A stretch of 64,000 nt of DNA from the human T2T-CHM13v2.0 reference genome, Homo sapiens. A model generated the notes under the pieces. It searched no databases. It was given only the letters and a program-made list of their open reading frames with translations, and was not told the DNA's origin. Positions within the stretch are counted from its first letter, which is position 1, and the number at the start of each line of letters is the position of its first letter. Positions 12,901 to 29,099 of the stretch are shown in pieces. Where the stretch lies: NCBI RefSeq assembly GCF_009914755.1, contig NC_060927.1; one strand, written 5' to 3'. The position numbers and the translations under genes were made by a program.

Positions 12901-15784
12901 AAATATGAAAGTACATCAAATATAGATTATATACTGTAAATATAATATCAATGTACCCCAAATATATATTTTATACTCTACATGAAATATCAAAGTTCAC
13001 AAACCATATATTATATACTGTACATAAAATATCAAAGTACCCAAGGTATATATTCTATACTGTACAAAAAATATCAAAGTACCCAAAGCATGTATTATAT
13101 ACTGTACATAAAATATGAAAGTACATCAAATATATATTTTATTCTGTACATAAAATATCAAAGTACACCAGATATATATTCTATAGCGTACATAAAATAT
13201 CAAAGTACCCAAACTATACATTATATACTGTACATAAAATATGAAATTACATCAAATATATATTATATTAGGTAAATGAAATATGAAAGTACATCAAATA
13301 TAGATTATATACTGTACATAAAATATGAAAGTACCCCAAATATATATTATATACTCTACATGAAATATCAAAGTTCACAAACTATATATTATATACTGTA
13401 CATAAAATATCAAAGTACCCAAGGTATATATTCTATACTGTACAAAAAATATCAAAGTATCCAAAGTATGTATTATATACTGTATATAAAATATGAAAGT
13501 ACATCAAATATATATTTTATTCTGTACATAAAATATCAAAGTACACCAGATATATATTCTATAGTGTACATAAAATATCAAAGTACCCAATCTATACATT
13601 ATATACTGTACATAAAATATGAAATTACAGCAAATATATATTATATTAGGTACATAAAATATGAAAGTACATCAAATATAGATTATATACTCTACATTAA
13701 ATACCAAAGTACCCCAAATATATATTTTATACTGTACATGAAATATCAAAGTTCACAAACTATATATTATATACTGTACATAAAATATCAATGTACCCAA
13801 GGTATATATTCTATACTGCACAAAAAATATCAAAGTACCCAAAGCATGTATTATATACTGTATATAAAATATGAAAGTACATCAAATATATATTTTATTC
13901 TGTACATAAAATATCAAAGTACACCAGATATATATTCTATAGTGTACATAAAATATCAAAGTACCCAAACTATACATTATATACTGTACATAAAATATGA
14001 AATTACATCAAATATATATTATATTAGGTACATAAAATACGAAAGTACATCAAATATAGATTATATACTGTACATAAAATATGAAAGTACCCCAATATAT
14101 ATTATATACTCTACATGAAATATCAAAGTTCACAAACTATATATTATGTACTGTACATAAAATATCAAACTACCCAAGGTATATATTCTATACTGTACAA
14201 AAAATATCAAAGTACCCAAAGCATGTATTATATAATGTACATAAAATATGAAAGTACATCAAATATATATTTTATTCTGTACATAAAATATCAAAGAACA
14301 CCAGATATATATTCTATAGTGTACATAAAATATCAAAGTACCCAAACTATACATTATATACTGTACATAAAATATGAAATTACATCATATATATATTAGG
14401 TACATAAAATATGAAAGTACATCAAATATATATTTTATTCTGTACATAAAATATCAAAGTACACCAGATATATATTCTATAGTGTACATAAAATAACAAA
14501 GTACACAAACTATAAAATATATACTGTACATAAAATATGAAATTACATCAAATATATATTAGGTACATAAAATATGAAAGTACATCAAATATAGATTATA
14601 TACTGTACATATAATATCAATGTACCCGAAATATATATTTTATACTCTACATGAAATATCAAAGTTCACAAACCATATATTGTATACTGCACATAAAATA
14701 TCAAAATACACAAGGTATATATTCTATACTGTACAAAAAATATCAAAGTACCCAAAGCAGGTATTATATACTGTATATAAAATATGAAAGTACATCAAAT
14801 ATATATTTTATTCTGTACATAAAATATCAAAGTACACCAGATATATATTCTATAGTGTACATAAAATATCAAGGTACCCTAACTATATATTATATACTGT
14901 ACATAAAATATGAAATTACAGCAAATATATATTATATTAGGTACATAAAATATGAAAGTACATCAAATATAGATTATATACTGTAAATATAATATCAATG
15001 TACCCCAAATATATATTTTATACTCTACATGAAATATCAAAGTTCACAAACCATACATTATATACTTTCCATAAAATATCAAAGTACCCATGGCATATAT
15101 TCTATACTGTACAAAAGATATCAAAGTACCCAAAGCATGTATTATATACTGTACATAAAATATGAAAGTACATCAAATATATATTTTATTCTGTACATAA
15201 AATATCAAAGTACACCAGATATATATTCTATAGTGTACATAAAATATCAAAGTACCCAAACTATATATTATATACTGTACATAAAATATGAAATTACATC
15301 AAATATGTATTATATTAGGTACATAAAATATGAAAGTACATCAAATATAGATTATATACCGTACATAAAATATCAAAGTACCCCAAATATATATTATATA
15401 CTATACATGAAATATCAAATATCACAAACTATATATTATATACTGTACATAAAATATCAAAGTACCCAATGTATATATTCTATAGTGTACAAAAAATATC
15501 AAAGTACCCAAAGCATGTATTATATACTGTACATAAAATATAAAAGTACATCAAATATATATTTTATTCTGTACATAAAATATGAAAGTACACCAGATAT
15601 ATATTCTATAGTGTACATAAAATATCAAAGTACCCAAACTATACATTATATACGGTACATAAAATATGAAATTACATCAAATATATATTATATTAGGTAC
15701 TTAAAATATGAAAGTACATCAAATATAGATTATATACTGTACATAAAATATCAAAGTACCCCAAATATATATTATATACTGTAC

Positions 15785-16035
15785 ATGAAATATCAAAGTT
15801 CACAACTATATATTATATACTGTAGATAAAATATCAAAGTCCCCAAGGTATATATTCTATACTGTACAAAAAATATCAAAGTACACAAAGCATGTATTAT
15901 ATACTGTACATAAAATATGAAATTACATCAAATATATATTATATTAGGTACATAAAATATGAAAGTACATCAAATATAGATTATATACTGTACATAAAAT
16001 ATCAAAGTACCCCAAATATATATTATATACTGTAC
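15785..16035 (+). repeat. 251-bp 6-mer deletion variant (monomers 4-6 missing); second copy at 24995-25245
   Basis: Monomer 3 is followed directly by monomer 7 (GAAATTACATC). The next marker monomer (ATGTAATATCAAAGTTCACAACT) is at 16036; 251 = 6x42 - 1. Confidence 0.85.
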
Positions 16036-16790
16036 ATGTAATATCAAAGTTCACAACTATATATTACATACTGTACATAAAATATCAAAGTACCCAAGGT
16101 ATATATTCTATACTGTACAAAAAATATCAAAGTACCCAAAGCATGTATTATATACTGTACATAAAATATGAAAGTACATCAAATATATATTTTATTCTGT
16201 ACATAAAATATCAAAGTACACCAGATATATATTCTATAGTGTATATAAAATATCAAAGTACCCAAACTATACATTATATACTGTACATAAAATATGAAAT
16301 TACATCAAATATATATTATATTGGGTACATAAAATATGAAAGTACATGAAGTATAGATTATATACTGTACATAAAATATCAAAGTACCCCAAATTTATAT
16401 TATATACTATACATGAAATATCAAAGTTCATAAACTATATATTATATACTGTACATAAAATATCAAAGTACCCAAGGTATATATTCTATAGTGTACAAAA
16501 AATATCAAAGTACCCAAAGCATGTATTATATACCGTACATAAAATATAAAATTACATCAAATATATATTTTATTCTGTACATAAAATATCAAAGTACACC
16601 AGATATATATTCTATAGAGTACATAAAATATCAAAGTACCCAAACTATACATTACATACTGTACATAAAATGTGAAATTACATCAAATATATATTATAAT
16701 AGGTACATAAAATATGAAAGTACATGAAATATAGATTATATACTGTACATTAAATAGGAAACTACCCCAAATACATATTTTGTACTGTAC

Positions 16791-17126
16791 ATGAAATATC
16801 AAAGTACCCAAGGTATATATTCTATACTGTACAAAAAATATCAAAGTACCCAAAGCATGTATTACAAACTGTACATAAAATATGAAAGTCCATCAAATAA
16901 ATATTTTATTCTGTACATAAAATATCAAAGTACACCAGATATATATTCTATAGTGTACATAAAATATCAAAGTACCCAAACTATACATTATATACTGTAC
17001 ATAAAATATGAAATTACATCAAATATATATTATATTAGGTACATAAAATATGAAAGTACATCAAATATAGATTATATACTGTACATTAAGTACCAAAGTA
17101 CCCCAAATATATATTTTATACTGTAC
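16791..17126 (+). repeat. 336-bp 8-mer variant (monomers 1 and 2 fused); second copy at 26001-26336
   Basis: ATGAAATATCAAAGTACCCAAGG joins the monomer 1 head to the monomer 2 tail (ORF begins MKYQSTQG). The next marker is at 17127. Confidence 0.85.
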
Positions 17127-18384
17127 ATGAAATATCAAAGTTCACAAACTATATATTATATACTGTACATAAAATATCAAAGTACCCAAGGTATATATTC
17201 TATACTGTACAAAAAATATCAAAGTACCCAAAGCATGTATTATATACTGTACATAAAGTATGAAAGTACATCAAATATATATTTTATTCTGTACATAAAA
17301 TATCGAGGTACACCAGATATATATTCTATAGTGTACATAAAATATCAAAGTACCCAAACTATAAATTATATACTGTACATAAAATATGAAATTACATCAA
17401 ATATATATTATATTAGGTACATAAAATATGAAAGTACATCAAATATAGATTATATACTCTACATTAAATACCAAAGTACCCCAAATATATATTTTATACT
17501 GTACATGAAATATCAAAGTTCACAAAGTATATATTATATACTGTACATAAAATATCAAAGTACCCAAGGTATATATTCTATACTGTACAAAAGATATCAA
17601 AGTACCCAAAGCATGTATTATATACTGTACATAAAATATGAAAGTACATCATATATATATTTTATTCTGTACATAAAATATTAAAGTACACCAGATATAT
17701 ATTCTATAGTGTACATAAAATATCAAAGTACCCAAACTATACATTATATACTGTACATGAAATATGAAATTACATCAAATATATATTAAGTACATAAAAT
17801 ATGAAAGTACATCAAATATGGATTATATACTGTACATAAAATATCAATGTACACCAAATATATATTATATACTCTACATGAAATATCAAAGTTCACAAAC
17901 TATATATTGTATACTGTCCATAAAATATCAAAGTACCCAAGGTATATATTCTATACTGTACAAAAAATATCAAAGTACCCAAAGCATGTATTATATACTG
18001 TACCTAAAATATGAAAGTACATCAAATATATATTTTATTCTGTACATAAAATATCAAAGTACACCAGATATATATTCTATAGTGTACATAAAATATCAAA
18101 GTACCCAAACTATACATTATATACTGTACATAAAATATGAAATTACATCAAATATATATTATATTAGGTAAATGAAATATGAAAGTACATCAAATATAGA
18201 TTATATACTGTACATAAAATATGAAAGTACCCCAAATATATATTATATACTCTACATGAAATATCAAAGTTCACAAACTATATATTATATACTGTACATA
18301 AAATATCAAAGTACCCAAGGTATATATTCTATACTGTACAAAAAATATCAAAGTATCCAAAGCATGTATTATATACTGTATATA

Positions 18385-21300
18385 AAATATGAAAGTACAT
18401 CAAATATATATTTTATTCTGTACATAAAATATCAAAGTACACCAGATATATATTCTATAGCGTACATAAAATATCAAAGTACACAAACTATACATTATAT
18501 ACTGTACATAAAATATGAAATTACATCAAATATATATTATATTAGGTACATAAAATATGAAAGTACATCAAATATAGATTATATACTGTAAATATAATAT
18601 CAATGTTCCCCAAATATATATTTTATACTCTACATGAAATATCAAAGTTCACAAACCATATATTATATACTGTACATAAAATATCAAAGTACCCAAGGTA
18701 TATATTCTATACTGTACAAAAAATATCAAAGTACCCAAAGCATGTATTATATACTGTACATAAAATATGAAAGTACATCAAATATATATTTTATTCTGTA
18801 CATAAAATATCAAAGTACACCAGATATATATTCTACAGTGTACATAAAATATCAAAGTACCCAAACTATACATTATATACTGTACATAAAATATGAAATT
18901 ACATCAAATATATATTATATTAGGTACATAAAATACGAAAGTACATCAAATATAGATTATATACTGTACATAAAATATCAAAGTACCCCAATATATATTA
19001 TATACTGTACATGAAATATCAAAGTTCACAAACTATATATTATGTACTGTACATAAAATATCAAAGTACCCAAGGTATATATTCTATACTGTACAAAAAA
19101 TATCAAAGTACCCAAAGCATGTATTATATAATGTACATAAAATATGAAAGTACATCAAATATATATTTTATTCTGTACATAAAATATCAAAGTACACCAG
19201 ATATATATTCTATAGCGTACATAAAATATCAAAGTACACAAACTATACATTATATACTGTACATAAAATATGAAATTACATCAAATATATATTATATTAG
19301 GTAAATGAAATATGAAAGTACATCAAATATAGATTATATACTGTACATAAAATATGAAAGTACCCCAAATATATATTATATACTCTACATGAAATATCAA
19401 AGTTCACAAACTATATATTATATACTGTACATAAAATATCAAAGTACCCAAGGTATATATTCTATACTGTACAAAAAATATCAAAGTATCCAAAGCATGT
19501 ATTATATACTGTATATAAAATATGAAAGTACATCAAATATATATTTTATTCTGTACATAAAATATCAAAGTACACCAGATATATATTCTATAGCGTACAT
19601 AAAATATCAAAGTACACAAACTATACATTATATACTGTACATAAAATATGAAATTACATCAAATATATATTATATTAGGTACATAAAATATGAAAGTACA
19701 TCAAATGTAGATTATATATTGTAAATATAATATCAATGTACCCCAAATATATATTTTATACTCTACATGAAATATCAAAGTTCACAAACCATATATTATA
19801 TACTGTACATAAAATATCAAAGTACCCAAGGTATATATTCTATACTGTACAAAAAATATCAAAGTACCCAAAGCATGTATTATATACTGTACATAAAATA
19901 TGAAAGTACATCAAATATATATTTTATTCTGTACATAAAATATCAAAGTACACCAGATATATATTCTATAGCGTACATAAAATATCAAAGTACCCAAACT
20001 ATACATTATATACTGTACATAAAATATGAAATTACATCAAATATAAATTATATTAGGTAAATGAAATATGAAAGTACATCAAATATAGATTATATACTGT
20101 ACATAAAATATGAAAGTACCCCAAATATATATTATATACTCTACATGAAATATCAAAGTTCACAAACTATATATTATATACTGTACATAAAATATCAAAG
20201 TACACAAGGTATATATTCTATACTGTACAAAAAATATCAAAGTATCCAAAGCATGTATTATATACTGTATATAAAATATGAAAGTACATCAAATATATAT
20301 TTTATTCTGTACATAAAATATCAAAGTACACCAGATATATATTCTATAGTGTACATAAAATATCAAAGTACCCAATCTATACATTATATACTGTACATAA
20401 AATATGAAATTACAGCAAATATATATTATATTAGGTACATAAAATATGAAAGTACATCAAATATAGATTATATACTCTACATTAAATACCAAAGTACCCC
20501 AAATATATATTTTATACTGTACATGAAATATCAAAGTTCACAAACTATATATTATATACTGTACATAAAATATCAATGTACCCAAGGTATATATTCTATA
20601 CTGCACAAAAAATATCAAAGTACCCAAAGCATGTATTATATACTGTATATAAAATATGAAAGTACATCAAATATATATTTTATTCTGTACATAAAATATC
20701 AAAGTACACCAGATATATATTCTATAGTGTACATAAAATATCAAAGTACCCAAACTATACATTATATACTGTACATAAAATATGAAATTACATCAAATAT
20801 ATATTATATTAGGTACATAAAATACGAAAGTACATCAAATATAGATTATATACTGTACATAAAATATGAAAGTACCCCAATATATATTATATACTCTACA
20901 TGAAATATCAAAGTTCACAAACTATATATTATGTACTGTACATAAAATATCAAACTACCCAAGGTATATATTCTATACTGTACAAAAAATATCAAAGTAC
21001 CCAAAGCATGTATTATATAATGTACATAAAATATGAAAGTACATCAAATATATATTTTATTCTGTACATAAAATATCAAAGAACACCAGATATATATTCT
21101 ATAGTGTACATAAAATATCAAAGTACCCAAACTATACATTATATACTGTACATAAAATATGAAATTACATCATATATATATTAGGTACATAAAATATGAA
21201 AGTACATCAAATATATATTTTATTCTGTACATAAAATATCAAAGTACACCAGATATATATTCTATAGTGTACATAAAATAACAAAGTACACAAACTATAA

Positions 21301-21768
21301 AATATATACTGTACATAAAATATGAAATTACATCAAATATATATTAGGTACATAAAATATGAAAGTACATCAAATATAGATTATATACTGTACATATAAT
21401 ATCAATGTACCCGAAATATATATTTTATACTCTACATGAAATATCAAAGTTCACAAACCATATATTGTATACTGCACATAAAATATCAAAATACACAAGG
21501 TATATATTCTATACTGTACAAAAAATATCAAAGTACCCAAAGCAGGTATTATATACTGTATATAAAATATGAAAGTACATCAAATATATATTTTATTCTG
21601 TACATAAAATATCAAAGTACACCAGATATATATTCTATAGTGTACATAAAATATCAAGGTACCCAAACTATATATTATATACTGTACATAAAATATGAAA
21701 TTACAGCAAATATATATTATATTAGGTACATAAAATATGAAAGTACATCAAATATAGATTATATACTG
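18385..21768 (+). repeat. ~3.4-kb copy of 11600-14983 (offset 6785)
   Basis: ORF starts 11849/12226/12520/12982/13276/14115/14651 recur at +6785. The rare variant CAATGTTCCCC is at 11816 and 18601. Confidence 0.88.
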
Positions 21769-22009
21769 TACATTAAATACCAAAGTACCCCAAATATATA
21801 TTTTATACTGTACATGAAATATCAAAGTTCACAAACTATATATTATATACTGTAAATAAAATATCAATGTACCCAAGGTATATATTCTATACTGCACAAA
21901 AAATATCAAAGTACCCAAAGCATGTATTATATACTGTATATAAAATATGAAAGTACATCAAATATATATTTTATTCTGTACATAAAATATCAAACTACAC
22001 CAGATATAT

Positions 22010-25000
22010 ATTCTATAGCGTACATAAAATATCAAAGTACACAAACTATACATTATATACTGTACATAAAATATGAAATTACATCAAATATATATTATAT
22101 TAGGTACATAAAATATGAAAGTACATCACATATAGATTATATACTGTAAATATAATATCAATGTACCCCAAATATATATTTTATACTCTACATGAAATAT
22201 CAAAGTTCACAAACCATATATTATATACTGTACATAAAATATCAAAGTACCCAAGGTATATATTCTATACTGTACAAAAAATATCAAAGTACCCAAAGCA
22301 TGTATTATATACTGTACATAAAATATGAAAGTACATCAAATATATATTTTATTCTGTACATAAAATATCAAAGTACACCAGATATATATTCTATAGCGTA
22401 CATAAAATATCAAAGTACCCAAACTATACATTATATACTGTACATAAAATATGAAATTACATCAAATATATATTATATTAGGTAAATGAAATATGAAAGT
22501 ACATCAAATATAGATTATATACTGTACATAAAATATGAAAGTACCGCAAATATATATTATATACTCTACATGAAATATCAAAGTTCACAAACTATATATT
22601 ATATACTGTACATAAAATATCAAAGTACCCAAGGTATATATTCTATACTGTACAAAAAATATCAAAGTATCCAAAGCATGTATTATATACTGTATATAAA
22701 ATATGAAAGTACATCAAATATATATTTTATTCTGTACATAAAATATCAAAGTACACCAGATATATATTCTATAGTGTACATAAAATATCAAAGTACCCAA
22801 TCTATACATTATATACTGTACATAAAATATGAAATTACAGCAAATATATATTATATTAGGTACATAAAATATGAAAGTACATCAAATATAGATTATATAC
22901 TCTACATTAAATACCAAAGTACCCCAAATATATATTTTATACTGTACATGAAATATCAAAGTTCACAAACTGTATATTATATACTGTACATAAAATATCA
23001 ATGTACCCAAGGTATATATTCTATACTGCACAAAAAATATCAAAGTACCCAAAGCATGTATTATATACTGTATATAAAATATGAAAGTACATCAAATATA
23101 TATTTTATTCTGTACATAAAATATCAAAGTACACCAGATATATATTCTATAGTGTACATAAAATATCAAAGTACCCAAACTATACATTATATACTGTACA
23201 TAAAATATGAAATTACATCAAATATATATTATATTAGGTACATAAAATACGAAAGTACATCAAATATAGATTATACACTGTACATAAAATATGAAAGTAC
23301 CCCAATATATATTATATACTCTACATGAAATATCAAAGTTCACAAACTATATATTATGTACTGTACATAAAATATCAAACTACCCAAGGTATATATTCTA
23401 TACTGTACAAAAAATATCAAAGTACCCAAAGCATGTATTATATAATGTACATAAAATATGAAAGTACATCAAATATATATTTTATTCTGTACATAAAATA
23501 TCAAAGAACACCAGATATATATTCTATAGTGTACATAAAATATCAAAGTACCCAAACTATACATTATATACTGTACATAAAATATGAAATTACATCATAT
23601 ATATATTAGGTACATAAAATATGAAAGTACATCAAATATATATTTTATTCTGTACATAAAATATCAAAGTACACCAGATATATATTCTATAGTGTACATA
23701 AAATAACAAAGTACACAAACTATAAAATATATACTGTACATAAAATATGAAATTACATCAAATATATATTAGGTACATAAAATATGAAAGTACATCAAAT
23801 ATAGATTATATACTGTACATATAATATCAATGTACCCGAAATATATATTTTATACTCTACATGAAATATCAAAGTTCACAAACGATATATTGTATACTGC
23901 ACATAAAATATCAAAATACACAAGGTATATATTCTATACTGTACAAAAAATATCAAAGTACCCAAAGCAGGTATTATATACTGTATATAAAATATGAAAG
24001 TACATCAAATATATATTTTATTCTGTACATAAAATATCAAAGTACACCAGATATATATTCTATAGTGTACATAAAATATCAAGGTACCCAAACTATATAT
24101 TATATACTGTACATAAAATATGAAATTACAGCAAATATATATTATATTAGGTACATAAAATATGAAAGTACATCAAATATAGATTATATACTGTAAATAT
24201 AATATCAATGTACCCCAAATATATATTTTATACTCTACATGAAATATCAAAGTTCACAAACCATACATTATATACTTTCCATAAAATATCAAAGTACCCA
24301 TGGCATATATTCTATACTGTACAAAAGATATCAAAGTACCCAAAGCATGTATTATATACTGTACATAAAATATGAAAGTACATCAAATATATATTTTATT
24401 CTGTACATAAAATATCAAAGTACACCAGATATATATTCTATAGTGTACATAAAATATCAAAGTACCCAAACTATATATTATATACTGTACATAAAATATG
24501 AAATTACATCAAATATGTATTATATTAGGTACATAAAATATGAAAGTACATCAAATATAGATTATATAGCGTACATAAAATATCAAAGTACCCCAAATAT
24601 ATATTATATACTATACATGAAATATCAAATATCACAAACTATATATTATATACTGTACATAAAATATCAAAGTACCCAATGTATATATTCTATAGTGTAC
24701 AAAAAATATCAAAGTACCCAAAGCATGTATTATATACTGTACATAAAATATAAAAGTACATCAAATATATATTTTATTCTGTACATAAAATATGAAAGTA
24801 CACCAGATATATATTCTATAGTGTACATAAAATATCAAAGTACCCAAACTATACATTATATACGGTACATAAAATATGAAATTACATCAAATATATATTA
24901 TATTAGGTACTTAAAATATGAAAGTACATCAAATATAGATTATATACTGTACATAAAATATCAAAGTACCCCAAATATATATTATATACTGTACATGAAA

Positions 25001-27295
25001 TATCAAAGTTCACAACTATATATTATATACTGTAGATAAAATATCAAAGTCCCCAAGGTATATATTCTATACTGTACAAAAAATATCAAAGTACACAAAG
25101 CATGTATTATATACTGTACATAAAATATGAAATTACATCAAATATATATTATATTAGGTACATAAAATATGAAAGTACATCAAATATAGATTATATACTG
25201 TACATAAAATATCAAAGTACCCCAAATGTATATTATATACTGTACATGTAATATCAAAGTTCACAACTATATATTACATACTGTACATAAAATATCAAAG
25301 TACCCAAGGTATATATTCTATACTGTACAAAAAATATCAAAGTACCCAAAGCATGTATTATATACTGTACATAAAATATGAAAGTACATCAAATATATAT
25401 TTTATTCTGTACATAAAATATCAAAGTACACCAGATATATATTCTATAGTGTATATAAAATATCAAAGTACCCAAACTATACATTATATACTGTACATAA
25501 AATATGAAATTACATCAAATATATATTATATTGGGTACATAAAATATGAAAGTACATGAAGTATAGATTATATACTGTACATAAAATATCAAAGTACCCC
25601 AAATTTATATTATATACTATACATGAAATATCAAAGTTCATAAACTATATATTATATACTGTACATAAAATATCAAAGTACCCAAGGTATATATTCTATA
25701 GTGTACAAAAAATATCAAAGTACCCAAAGCATGTATTATATACCGTACATAAAATATAAAATTACATCAAATATATATTTTATTCTGTACATAAAATATC
25801 AAAGTACACCAGATATATATTCTATAGAGTACATAAAATATCAAAGTACCCAAACTATACATTACATACTGTACATAAAATGTGAAATTACATCAAATAT
25901 ATATTATAATAGGTACATAAAATATGAAAGTACATGAAATATAGATTATATACTGTACATTAAATAGGAAAGTACCCCAAATATATATTTTGTACTGTAC
26001 ATGAAATATCAAAGTACCCAAGGTATATATTCTATACTGTACAAAAAATATCAAAGTACCCAAAGCATGTATTACAAACTGTACATAAAATATGAAAGTC
26101 CATCAAATAAATATTTTATTCTGTACATAAAATATCAAAGTACACCAGATATATATTCTATAGTGTACATAAAATATCAAAGTACCCAAACTATACATTA
26201 TATACTGTACATAAAATATGAAATTACATCAAATATATATTATATTAGGTACATAAAATATGAAAGTACATCAAATATAGATTATATACTGTACCTTAAG
26301 TACCAAAGTACCCCAAATATATATTTTATACTGTACATGAAATATCAAAGTTCACAAACTATATATTATATACTGTACATAAAATATCAAAGTACCCAAG
26401 GTATATATTCTATACTGTACAAAAAATATCAAAGTACCCAAAGCATGTATTATATACTGTACATAAAGTATGAAAGTACATCAAATATATATTTTATTCT
26501 GTACATAAAATATCGAGGTACACCAGATATATATTCTATAGTGTACATAAAATATCAAAGTACCCAAACTATAAATTATATACTGTACATAAAATATGAA
26601 ATTACATCAAATATATATTATATTAGGTACATAAAATATGAAAGTACATCAAATATAGATTATATACTCTACATTAAATACCAAAGTACCCCAAATATAT
26701 ATTTTATACTGTACATGAAATATCAAAGTTCACAAAGTATATATTATATACTGTACATAAAATATCAAAGTACCCAAGGTATATATTCTATACTGTACAA
26801 AAGATATCAAAGTACCCAAAGCATGTATTATATACTGTACATAAAATATGAAAGTACATCATATATATATTTTATTCTGTACATAAAATATTAAAGTACA
26901 CCAGATATATATTCTATAGTGTACATAAAATATCAAAGTACCCAAACTATACATTATATACTGTACATAAAATATGAAATTACATCAAATATATATTAAG
27001 TACATAAAATATGAAAGTACATCAAATATGGATTATATACTGTACATAAAATATCAATGTACACCAAATATATATTATATACTCTACATGAAATATCAAA
27101 GTTCACAAACTATATATTGTATACTGTCCATAAAATATCAAAGTACCCAAGGTATATATTCTATACTGTACAAAAAATATCAAAGTACCCAAAGCATGTA
27201 TTATATACTGTACCTAAAATATGAAAGTACATCAAATATATATTTTATTCTGTACATAAAATATCAAAGTACACCAGATATATATTCTATAGTGT
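22010..27295 (+). repeat. ~5.3-kb segment, copy 2
   Basis: ORF starts 22192/22486/23325/23861/24239/25353/25556/26001/26974, with translations nearly identical to copy 1. Confidence 0.9.
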
Positions 27296-29099
27296 ATATA
27301 AAATATCAAAGTACCCAAACTATACATTATGTACTGTACATAAAATATGAAATTACATCAAATATATATTATATTAGGTACATAAAATATGAAAGTACAT
27401 CAAATATAGATTATATACTGTACATAAAATATCAAAGTACCCCGAATATATATTATATACTCTACATGAAATATCAAAGTTCACAAACTATATATTATAT
27501 ACTGTACATAAAATATCAAAGTACCCAAGGTATATATTCTATACTGTACAAAAAATATCAAGGTACCCAAAGCATGTATTATATACTGTACATAAAATAT
27601 GAAAGTACATCAAATATATATTTTATTCTGTACATAAAATATCAAAGTACACCAGATATATATTCTATAGTGTATATAAAATATCAAAGTACCCAAACTA
27701 TACATTATATACTGTACATAAAATATGAAATTACATCAAATATATATTATATTAGGTACATAAAATATGAAAGTACATGAAGTATAGATTATATACTGTA
27801 CATAAAATATCAAAGTACCCCAAATTTATATTATATACTATACATGAAATATCAAAGTTCACAAACTATATATTATATACTGTACATAAAATATCAAAGT
27901 ACCCAAGGTATATATTCTATAGTGTACAAAAAATATCAAAGTACCCAAAGCATGTATTATATACCGTACATAAAATATAAAATTACATCAAATATATATT
28001 TTATTCTGTACATAAAATATCAAAGTACACCAGATATATATACTATAGTGTACATAAAATATCAAAGTACCCAAACTATACATTATACACTGTACATAAA
28101 ATATGAAATTACATCAAATATATATTAGGTACATAAAATATGAAAGTACATCAAATATAGATTATATACTGTAAATATAATATCAATGTACCCCAAATAT
28201 ATATTTTATACTCTACATGAAATATCAAAGTTCACAAACCATATATTATATACTGTACATAAAATATCAAAGTACCCAAGGTATATATTCTATACTGTAC
28301 AAAAAATATCAAAGTACCCAAAGCATGTATTATATACTGTATATAAAATATGAAAGTACATCAAATATATATTTTATTCTGTACATAAAATATCAAAGTA
28401 CACCAGATATATATTCTATAGTGTACATAAAATATCAAAGTACCCAAACTATACATTATATACTGTACATAAAATATGAAATTACATCAAATATATATTA
28501 TATTAGGTACATGAAATATGAAAGTACATCAAATATAGATTATATACTGTACATAAAATATGAAAGTACCCCAAATATATATTATATACTCTACATGAAA
28601 TATCAAAGTTCACAAACTATATATTATATACTGTACATAAAATATCAAAGTACCCAAGGTATATATTCTATACTGTACAAAAAATATCAAAGTATCCAAA
28701 GCATGTATTATATAGTGTATATAAAATATGAAATTACATCAAATATATATTTTATTCTGTACATAAAATATCAAAGTACACCAGATATATATTCTATAGT
28801 GTACATAAAATATCAAAGTACCCAAACTATACATTATATACTGTACATAAAATATGAAATTACAGCAAATATATATTATATTAGGTACATAAAATATGAA
28901 AGTACATCAAATATAGATTATATACTGTACATTAAATACCAAAGTACCCCAAATATATATTTTATACTGTACATGAAATATCAAAGTTCACAAACTATAT
29001 ATTATATACTGTACATAAAATATCAATGTACCCAAGGTATATATTCTATACTGCACAAAAAATATCAAAGTACCCAAAGCATGTATTATATACTGCATA

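Larger units (their letters stand above)
12800..18085 (+). repeat. ~5.3-kb segment, copy 1 (duplicated at +9210)
   Basis: ORF starts 12982/13276/14115/14651/15029/16143/16346/16791/17764 all recur exactly 9210 bp later. Shared rare variants include TAAATAGGAA, TATCGAGG, TTGGGTAC and ATTACAAACT. Confidence 0.9.
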
